Positions 57,551 through 64,000 of a DNA stretch of 64,000 nt are shown piece by piece. Below the pieces are notes generated by a model. The model was not told where the DNA came from. It made no database searches and worked only from the letters and a program-made list of their open reading frames with translations. The DNA is from an uncultured Campylobacterales bacterium. GTDB lineage: Bacteria > Campylobacterota > Campylobacteria > Campylobacterales > QNZT01. Numbering within the stretch: position 1 is the first letter of the stretch; each line of letters opens with the position of its first letter. The translations under genes and the position numbers were made by a program. The stretch spans positions 9,084 to 73,083 of the forward strand of contig CAZLLE010000017.1 in NCBI GenBank assembly GCA_964560425.1. Direction: 5' to 3'.

Positions 57551-58465
57551 ATGGAAAAAGCAAAGTATATTTGGATGGATGGGGAGCTTGTTGATTGGGA
57601 CAAAGCTCAAGTTCATGTATTGACTCATACCTTGCATTATGGGAATGGTGTTTTTGAAGGCACAAGAGCATATCAAACAGAAGATGGCTTAGCAATATTT
57701 AGACTCAAAGAGCACACGAAAAGACTTTTTAACTCTGCAAAAATTACAGCAATTAAACCAAACTTTACAATTCAAGAGATGGAAGAAGCTCATATTAAAC
57801 TACTTCAATCAAATAATTTTAAAGATAATGTATATTTACGACCATTAATATTTTTGGGTTATGGCGTTATGGGTGTTCATCATGTCAATGCTCCTGTACA
57901 CAGTATGATCGCAGCTTGGGAGTGGGGAGCTTATCTTGGAGATGAAGCTCTTGAAAACGGTATCAAGGTAATGACCTCCTCTATCACAAGAACATCTGTC
58001 AAGTCTAGTTTTGGAAAAGCAAAAGCAGTAGCAAACTATCTAAATTCACAAATGGCAAAATATGAAGCTATTGAGGCTGGCTTTGAAGAGGGGCTAATGC
58101 TTGATGATAACGGTTTTGCAGCAGAGGGGACAGGAGAGTGTCTTTTTGTAGTTAGAGATGGTAAATTAATATCTCCACCAAATGATAACTCTTTGGAATC
58201 AATCACTCAACTAACTGTATTGGAACTAGCTAAAGATATGGGTATTGAAATTGAGAGACGAAATATCACTAGAGATGAGATATATATTGCTGATGAAGCC
58301 TTTTTTACAGGTACCGCAGCAGAAGTAACACCAATTAGTTCACTTGATAATAGAGTAATTGGAGATGGGAAAAGAGGTGAGATGACTCACAAATTGCAAA
58401 GTGCATATTTTGATGTTGTTTTTGGAAGAGATGAGAAGTATAAACACTATCTCACATATATATAG
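57551..58465 (+). CDS. ilvE: branched-chain amino acid aminotransferase
   Basis: Fold-type IV PLP enzyme blocks (HTLHYGNGVFEGTRAY, KAVANY, TGTAAEVTPI). Confidence 0.92.
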   Translation: MEKAKYIWMDGELVDWDKAQVHVLTHTLHYGNGVFEGTRAYQTEDGLAIFRLKEHTKRLFNSAKITAIKPNFTIQEMEEAHIKLLQSNNFKDNVYLRPLIFLGYGVMGVHHVNAPVHSMIAAWEWGAYLGDEALENGIKVMTSSITRTSVKSSFGKAKAVANYLNSQMAKYEAIEAGFEEGLMLDDNGFAAEGTGECLFVVRDGKLISPPNDNSLESITQLTVLELAKDMGIEIERRNITRDEIYIADEAFFTGTAAEVTPISSLDNRVIGDGKRGEMTHKLQSAYFDVVFGRDEKYKHYLTYI

Positions 58466-58477
58466 GGAAGAGAAAAT

Positions 58478-59590
58478 ATGCCAGCAGATTTAAATGATTA
58501 TTTTAGCAAGAGAAAAGGTAATAATAGTGGTGATGGAGGTAATGGTGGTGGTAAACCACCAAGAAAAGTGAGACCAGAAGGACCAAATCCATTTGATGGA
58601 TTTACAAAAAAAACAGGTCTGCTATATTTACTGATTGGGCTTGTAGCTCTTTTTATAATTGCAAAACCATTTGTTGTAATCAACTCAGGTGAAGTAGGTA
58701 TCAAAGCAACAGCGGGTAAATATGACGCAACACCACTAAGACCAGGTTTTCATATCTTTTTACCATTTATCCAACAAGTAATGGTAGTTGATACAAAAGT
58801 AAGAAGTATTAACTACACTTCAAAAGTAGGAGATGATATATCTAGACCATCTAATTACAGAATGGGTGGAGCTACAGGTGTAAGAAATACATCTTCTATC
58901 TCAGCATTAGATAAAAGGGGACTTTTGATATCTATTGATATTACTGTTCAATATAGCCTAAAGCCAGAGAGTGCACCTCAAACAATTGCAACTTATGGCT
59001 ATTCATGGGAAGAAAAAATTGTAAATCCTATTGTCAGAGATGTTGTTAGGAGTGTAATTGGTCAATATAAAGCAGAAGATCTGCCAGTAAAAAGAAATGA
59101 GATTGCATCTCAAATCAAATTAGGAATTGAGACACAAGTAAACTCAAAAAATGGTCAACCAGTTAATCTAGCTACCGTAAACTTAAGAGAGATTATCTTA
59201 CCTAAAAAAATTGTTGAGCAAATTGAGAGAGTTCAAATTGCAAAACAAGAGGGTGATAGAGTAAAACTTGAAGTTGAAAGAGCAAAACAAGAGGCAGAAA
59301 AGAGAGCAGCACTAGCTCAAGGTGAAGCTGATGCTAGAAAAATTAATGCTCAAGGTATAGCAGATTCAATCAAGATTGAAGCTGATGCAAAAGCTTATGC
59401 CAATACAGAAATTGCCAAAAGTTTAACTCCTGATATTTTAACACTCAAACAGATAGAAGTACAAGGTAAATTTAATGATGCACTTCGTGTAAACAAAGAT
59501 GCAAAAATCTTCCTAACTCCAGGTGGTGCTGTTCCTAGTATATGGATTGATGCAAAAGATAAAGCTAAAACAACATCAATGAGTCAATAG
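58478..59590 (+). CDS. SPFH/band-7 (prohibitin/HflK-like) membrane protein
   Basis: Gly/Asn-rich N-terminus, one TM helix, SPFH core (VINSGEVGIK...), and a coiled Ala/Glu/Lys-rich region. Confidence 0.85.
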   Translation: MPADLNDYFSKRKGNNSGDGGNGGGKPPRKVRPEGPNPFDGFTKKTGLLYLLIGLVALFIIAKPFVVINSGEVGIKATAGKYDATPLRPGFHIFLPFIQQVMVVDTKVRSINYTSKVGDDISRPSNYRMGGATGVRNTSSISALDKRGLLISIDITVQYSLKPESAPQTIATYGYSWEEKIVNPIVRDVVRSVIGQYKAEDLPVKRNEIASQIKLGIETQVNSKNGQPVNLATVNLREIILPKKIVEQIERVQIAKQEGDRVKLEVERAKQEAEKRAALAQGEADARKINAQGIADSIKIEADAKAYANTEIAKSLTPDILTLKQIEVQGKFNDALRVNKDAKIFLTPGGAVPSIWIDAKDKAKTTSMSQ

Positions 59591-59596
59591 TAAACT

Positions 59597-60304
59597 ATGG
59601 ATAATATTATCAATAAAGTAGACTGGCAGAAGGTTCCTCTTCTTCCTGTCATTACTCAAGAGTATGGTAGCAATGAAGTTTTGATGCTTGCATTCATGGA
59701 TAAAGAGGCTCTTAGCCTAACTCTAAAAACCAAAATAGCACACTATTTTTCAAGAACAAAACAGAGAATTTGGAAAAAGGGTGAAAGCAGTGGAAATATC
59801 CAAAATGTCAAAGAGATATATATTGATTGTGATGATGATACTCTACTTCTAAAAGTAGAACAAGTAGGTGGAGTAGCTTGTCATACTGGTCGAAAATCAT
59901 GCTTTTTTACAAAACTAGATACTGATGAGATTGTATCTGAAGCTGATGAGAGTGTGAGTGCTAATTATAGTATCTCCGATCAACTCTATCATGTAATACA
60001 AGAGCGTAAAAAATCAGATCCTTCTAAATCTTATGTCGCTTCACTTTTACAAAAAGGTGAAAATGGTTATCTTAAAAAAGTAATTGAAGAGGCAGGAGAG
60101 TTTAGTTTTGCAATAAAAGATAATAATGAAAAAGAGATTATTCATGAAGCTGCCGACTTGGCATTTCATGTGCTTGTAGCATTAGGAGATAAAAATATTA
60201 ATCCTGATCGCATCAAGCAAGAGTTATCAAAACGCTTTGGTTTGAGCGGTATCGAGGAGAAAAAGATGCGAAAAGATGCCAAACCTAAAGAAGAGTCTTC
60301 TTAA
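59597..60304 (+). CDS. hisIE: bifunctional phosphoribosyl-AMP cyclohydrolase / phosphoribosyl-ATP pyrophosphatase
   Basis: HisI block (RIWKKGESSGN...DCDDDTLL...CHTG..SCF), followed by the HisE block (SYVASLL..G...KK..EEA.E). Confidence 0.92.
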   Translation: MDNIINKVDWQKVPLLPVITQEYGSNEVLMLAFMDKEALSLTLKTKIAHYFSRTKQRIWKKGESSGNIQNVKEIYIDCDDDTLLLKVEQVGGVACHTGRKSCFFTKLDTDEIVSEADESVSANYSISDQLYHVIQERKKSDPSKSYVASLLQKGENGYLKKVIEEAGEFSFAIKDNNEKEIIHEAADLAFHVLVALGDKNINPDRIKQELSKRFGLSGIEEKKMRKDAKPKEESS

Positions 60305-60800
60305 CTATATAGATCATCTCACTATATATGACTATGTCGCCTTTGGGTGGCTTGGTCTACTTATTGTTCTTATGCTTTTTTTGGCAATTTTATTACGAAA
60401 AAAAGCCTCCCTTTCTATCTCACTTCTTCTTTTAGCTATGCTTCTCATGTTTCTTGCTCCACTGCCAATTAAGCTATTTTTAGATCAAACTATTAGAAAA
60501 AGTGAGATAAAAACTATCTCTATTAATGAAATGAAATATGCAAAATCCTTAGTTATAGTAGGAGAGTTAAAAAATAGTTCTAAGATTGATTTTGATATAT
60601 GCAATATTGAGGCAAAAGTTTTGCGATTTGATAACAACAAATACAAAAATATACTCTACAGTATTAAACCATTACTAAAAAAGACGATCTATATTAACGA
60701 AGCTATTTTAAAAGAACAGACTACTCCTTTTAAAATTGTATTTCCAAAATTTCATTATGAGAAAGATTACAATGTAACTCTTTCTGCTACATGTTATTAA
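60276..60800 (+). CDS. membrane-anchored hypothetical protein (DUF2393-like, tentative)
   Basis: Two N-terminal TM helices, then a beta-rich domain of about 100 aa. Overlaps hisIE by 29 nt. Confidence 0.5.
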   Translation: MPNLKKSLLNYIDHLTIYDYVAFGWLGLLIVLMLFLAILLRKKASLSISLLLLAMLLMFLAPLPIKLFLDQTIRKSEIKTISINEMKYAKSLVIVGELKNSSKIDFDICNIEAKVLRFDNNKYKNILYSIKPLLKKTIYINEAILKEQTTPFKIVFPKFHYEKDYNVTLSATCY

Positions 60801-60819
60801 TAATAAAAGGGGTTCAAAG

Positions 60820-61368
60820 ATGAATTTTAGTCTATTTTATATGACGATTGTACATTGGATTGTAGTTGCCATTTTTGTGTTAATTTTTTTAATTTTACTA
60901 CTACTATCAATGAAAGAGAAAAATAGTAAAACATTTTTTTCAATGATATTTTCATCTTTTTTAGTGGTTAGTGTAGGAATAGTATTTTCTATATTTATTT
61001 TAGATAAATATACAAAACAAGCAGAACTTATATCTTACAAATATAAAATTGATTTTAGAACAGAGAGTGTGAAAGTAAATGGAAAAATTAAAAACATTGG
61101 AAAATTTAAAATTGGTTATTGCAACGCTATTGTAAGAATATCTAATCGTCCACCAAAGGGTTCATCACACTCAAACTCATTTTTTAAGGCTAGTAACTCA
61201 ATTACAGAGATTTTCTCTTCAAAACCACAAAAGAAAAACTTAATAGAAGAAGAGTTATTAGCAGTAATAGATTTGGAGCCTAAAAAATCAAAAAGATTCT
61301 ATATTCGTTTGGATTATCCCACATATTTTGTAAATCCTAAATTTAGTGTAAAAATTAACTGTCACTAA
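60820..61368 (+). CDS. membrane-anchored hypothetical protein, same architecture as the preceding gene
   Basis: Two N-terminal TM helices plus a beta-rich domain (V.G.(I/L)KN..K...). Confidence 0.5.
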   Translation: MNFSLFYMTIVHWIVVAIFVLIFLILLLLSMKEKNSKTFFSMIFSSFLVVSVGIVFSIFILDKYTKQAELISYKYKIDFRTESVKVNGKIKNIGKFKIGYCNAIVRISNRPPKGSSHSNSFFKASNSITEIFSSKPQKKNLIEEELLAVIDLEPKKSKRFYIRLDYPTYFVNPKFSVKINCH

Positions 61369-61404
61369 GTATGAAGAGAAGCTTTAATAAGCTTCTCTTT
61401 CAGG

Positions 61405-62259
61405 CTATTTAAATGGTTTTGAACAATCTTTTTCAATTGCACCAGGAACAGTTGCAATTTTCATAAAGTGGCTCATTTGGAGTGCAGGATAATTAATTGC
61501 AATATAATATTTTCCTACTAAAATTTTAGCTTTACCTTTTTCAATTAAAATAGTATATGGTAGTAACCCTGCATTTTTTGTACCAATTTTGGATACAAAC
61601 TTAGCTGTTCTTTTTCCTATCTTATATCCTAAGAGAGTTCTATTATCAGAAAGTTTTAATTCAAAAAGTAAATTTTCGCCCTTTTTATATGATTTGACTT
61701 TTGCAATAAGATCTGCATTATCTCCCTCTCCAATAATTGCCATATCATCATAATAAGGCATAGATAACATAAAATGATAACCAGCTAAATCATCAAAATC
61801 CATACCATCTTTAGAATCTTTCAAACCTTTGAAAGCACCATTAATTTTACTTAAAACAGCTTCTGCCGTTTTAGCATCAAAATCATCTTGTAAAAATGCT
61901 TTTGAAAAATAGAGCGGGTTAGCAATACTAATCTCTTCATCAATTTTATTTATAAGAACTCTCAAAACAGCAGCATGTCCACGATTTGGTTTATCTGCCA
62001 TCTTTTTTAGTGAAGGACAAGTAAAAACAACTGATGTAAGCTTTCCTTTTTTATCAATAGCATCAGTTGCCAAGACCTCAAAACCAGCACCTTTAAGGCT
62101 ATTCTCTACACTTTTAACATCTTGTAAAGCACCCTCTAAAAATGTACTAACTCGACCATCTTTATTAACTTCCCCTGCTCCAAATAGTGAACTACTCAAA
62201 AGAGTAACTGCTACCAAAGATGCTATTACACCTCGTTTTAAATTTACTAATCTACTCAT
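61405..62259 (-). CDS. secreted protein with two DUF302-like halves (tentative)
   Basis: Signal peptide. Blocks AAVLRVLINKIDEEISIANP and LLPYTILIEKGKAKILVG resemble the DUF302 core. Confidence 0.45.
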   Translation of the reverse strand: MSRLVNLKRGVIASLVAVTLLSSSLFGAGEVNKDGRVSTFLEGALQDVKSVENSLKGAGFEVLATDAIDKKGKLTSVVFTCPSLKKMADKPNRGHAAVLRVLINKIDEEISIANPLYFSKAFLQDDFDAKTAEAVLSKINGAFKGLKDSKDGMDFDDLAGYHFMLSMPYYDDMAIIGEGDNADLIAKVKSYKKGENLLFELKLSDNRTLLGYKIGKRTAKFVSKIGTKNAGLLPYTILIEKGKAKILVGKYYIAINYPALQMSHFMKIATVPGAIEKDCSKPFK

Positions 62260-62260
62260 A

Positions 62261-63343
62261 TTATTTTCTCTCCTTTTCTAAATCTTTAATCATAGTTTCA
62301 AGCTCATTAACCTTTTTGTCAATCTCTCTAAATATAATAACCGCTCTTCGTTTTAACTCCTCTAGTGTCATAGTTGGTTTTGAACTAGGAATAATTTTAG
62401 CACCAAGGTCAACCAAAGTTTTGGGAATATCTTCATCCAAATGTTTAATAAAATCAACTTTTGTCTTATCTGTGATATTATTAACTGCCTGCCAATTTGC
62501 AAGTTTTGGCATACCTATTACAAGTTGATGTGAATCTTTTTTGATATACATATACATAGTACATGGAGCAAATACACCTGAATCTGCCCTACTCTTTTGA
62601 CCATCAAAAATAGTATATGAAAATTTTAAATGACATAGTGAATATGTCCAAAATGCATCATAAGTATCAAATTTATCGTCTGTATCTTCATAACCCTCTT
62701 TGAGGTTATTAAAGCCTGCAATAAGATAATCTTTCTCTTCAAATTTAGCTTCAAACTCTTCTTGAAAGTTATCAATAAAATCATCCAAATCACCATCACG
62801 ACTAAATTGAAACTCAAAATGCATCATAGGATTATTAGGAAGCTTATCATATTCAATGTAGGATATTTTTCCATTAACACTCTTTTCAATAAGTTTATCA
62901 ATTGCTGGAAATAGTGAATTATACTCTTTACGAATATCTTTATCTGTAATTTGTAAAATATCTAAAATTGTATCTGGCATAAGATGCCCAACATAAGTCT
63001 CTTTTTCACTCTGCTTTTTATACATGAGTAGATTAAATGGACTAAATCCAGCTAATCGAGGCTCCTTCTCTAAAAGAGTTTTAAGTCCATCTTCATTAAG
63101 AATAGGAAAAAAATTAAGGGTATCAAGAGAAGTACTTCCATACTTTTTTTTATAAGCATCATTAATTCTTTTGTGGGGGTCTGTAGTAATAAAACCTAGA
63201 GCTGAAATATCTTTTTCTATCATATTATAGATATCACTACTAATATCTTTATCTGAACTAAAATATTTAATACCTTGAGCAGCTGATGCACCAATGGCTA
63301 GAATGGCAATCAAGGAAGATGATAAGATGAGCTTTGTAAACAT
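62261..63343 (-). CDS. secreted protein with two DUF302-like halves and a C-terminal coiled tail (tentative)
   Basis: Blocks FSPFNLLMYKK...YVGHLMP and FAPCTMYMYIKKDSHQLVIGMP. The start at 63343 has a TAGGAGA ribosome-binding site; the track start is 63367. Confidence 0.45.
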   Translation of the reverse strand: MFTKLILSSSLIAILAIGASAAQGIKYFSSDKDISSDIYNMIEKDISALGFITTDPHKRINDAYKKKYGSTSLDTLNFFPILNEDGLKTLLEKEPRLAGFSPFNLLMYKKQSEKETYVGHLMPDTILDILQITDKDIRKEYNSLFPAIDKLIEKSVNGKISYIEYDKLPNNPMMHFEFQFSRDGDLDDFIDNFQEEFEAKFEEKDYLIAGFNNLKEGYEDTDDKFDTYDAFWTYSLCHLKFSYTIFDGQKSRADSGVFAPCTMYMYIKKDSHQLVIGMPKLANWQAVNNITDKTKVDFIKHLDEDIPKTLVDLGAKIIPSSKPTMTLEELKRRAVIIFREIDKKVNELETMIKDLEKERK

Positions 63344-63548
63344 GAAATCTCCTATATTAAGTTTCATTTAGTATCGCTTGTAAATTTACTTTTACTTATA
63401 GTAAATCAAAAAGTAATATAAAATATAATTATAATATAAAGAGATTAATAGCAACTTAAAATATAACTTTTTTTTATAGATAATAAGTTTTAAGACAAAA
63501 ACAACTCCATAATATAATTAAGTTGTTTTTGCCCTAGTATTTATAAAA

Positions 63549-63568
63549 AGATAGGTTTTACCCTATCT
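63549..63568 (-). terminator. intrinsic terminator after the 63573 gene
   Basis: Hairpin agatagg-ttttac-cctatct with T/A runs on both sides, 5 nt past the stop codon. Confidence 0.6.
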
Positions 63569-63572
63569 TTTT

Positions 63573-64000
63573 TTACATTCCTATAGAATCCACTTTAGCT
63601 TCACCATCTACTTTTCCATCGCTACCTTCAAAGTCATAACTAATATGATCACCATCCTCTAGCTCATCAACAATACTATTTTCAATATGTTTATGAAAAA
63701 ATATTGTAATTATTCTATCTGAGTTTTTGTCATGTAACCAAACTGAATCTCTTGTAGTCTCCCAACTTCCCTCAATAGTCTCTCCATCTTTAAGTTTTAA
63801 TACAAAATGATCTTCACTAAAAGCAACTTCATCAATGAAATTATCTAAATATAAAAAATAACCTACAAAAGCACTTCTTGGCATAAATTCACCCTCTCCT
63901 ACATTATCATGAGGGGGATACCCTTCTCCCATTTTTGGTCTATCTCCTTCATCAAAATGAGGGTCTCTATCATCAAATTCTGGCTCTCTAGCGTCATCCT
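63573..64000 (-). CDS. acidic hypothetical protein, 5' end probably outside the window
   Basis: The frame stays open upstream of the M at 63932 all the way to base 64000 (...DDAREPEFDDRDPHFDEGDRPKMGEG...). No family recognised. Confidence 0.5.
   Translation of the reverse strand, partial: DDAREPEFDDRDPHFDEGDRPKMGEGYPPHDNVGEGEFMPRSAFVGYFLYLDNFIDEVAFSEDHFVLKLKDGETIEGSWETTRDSVWLHDKNSDRIITIFFHKHIENSIVDELEDGDHISYDFEGSDGKVDGEAKVDSIGM

Overview
This is an AT-rich chromosomal segment whose gene content and order look like a Campylobacterota (epsilonproteobacterial) genome: ribH-nusB-pyrF, mraY-murD, rsmG-ribA, a dimeric dUTPase, a CetB-like PAS protein and carboxynorspermidine decarboxylase. The genus cannot be fixed from sequence alone. 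I support about 80 protein-coding genes and 3 tRNAs (Phe-GAA, Glu-CTC, Ser-GCT), with no rRNA and no CRISPR array. All protein calls come from reading the supplied translations for motifs and families I recognise; no database search was possible.

Most of the window is housekeeping:
- Heme: hemB, hemN.
- Riboflavin: ribA, ribH.
- Cell wall: mraY, murD.
- Others: argF, gpmI, ilvE, hisIE, pyrF, coaE, surE, aqpZ.

Accessory or unusual content, ranked by interest:
1. 54.6-57.5 kb: an RpfF-type (DSF-family) crotonase next to a polytopic-membrane protein with a degenerate GGDEF and an intact EAL domain. This is a candidate fatty-acid-signal to c-di-GMP module, with a PilZ-like protein 5 kb upstream. 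I consider it the best candidate for an undescribed system in this lineage.
2. 24.0-26.7 kb: a 2.6-kb integrase-less islet at tRNA-Glu, bounded by a duplicated tRNA 3' end. It carries a decayed inverted-repeat-flanked transposase remnant, a type I R-M hsdM remnant abutting a class III (NmFic-like) Fic gene, and a RelB/RelE-type toxin-antitoxin pair.
3. 41.9-43.8 kb: a 641-aa lipoprotein made almost entirely of nested repeats, including a duplicated His-rich block. It sits beside an orphan FecCD permease whose partner genes (TonB-dependent receptor, binding protein, ATPase) lie 21 kb away.
4. 4.9-6.7 kb: a compact DUF134 / TsaA-like / split-permease operon.
5. 29.1-30.3 kb: a secreted protein built of four tandem modules.
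6. 35.1-39.1 kb: two unannotated small Cys-containing lipoproteins sharing an IYPxC[VI]P motif.
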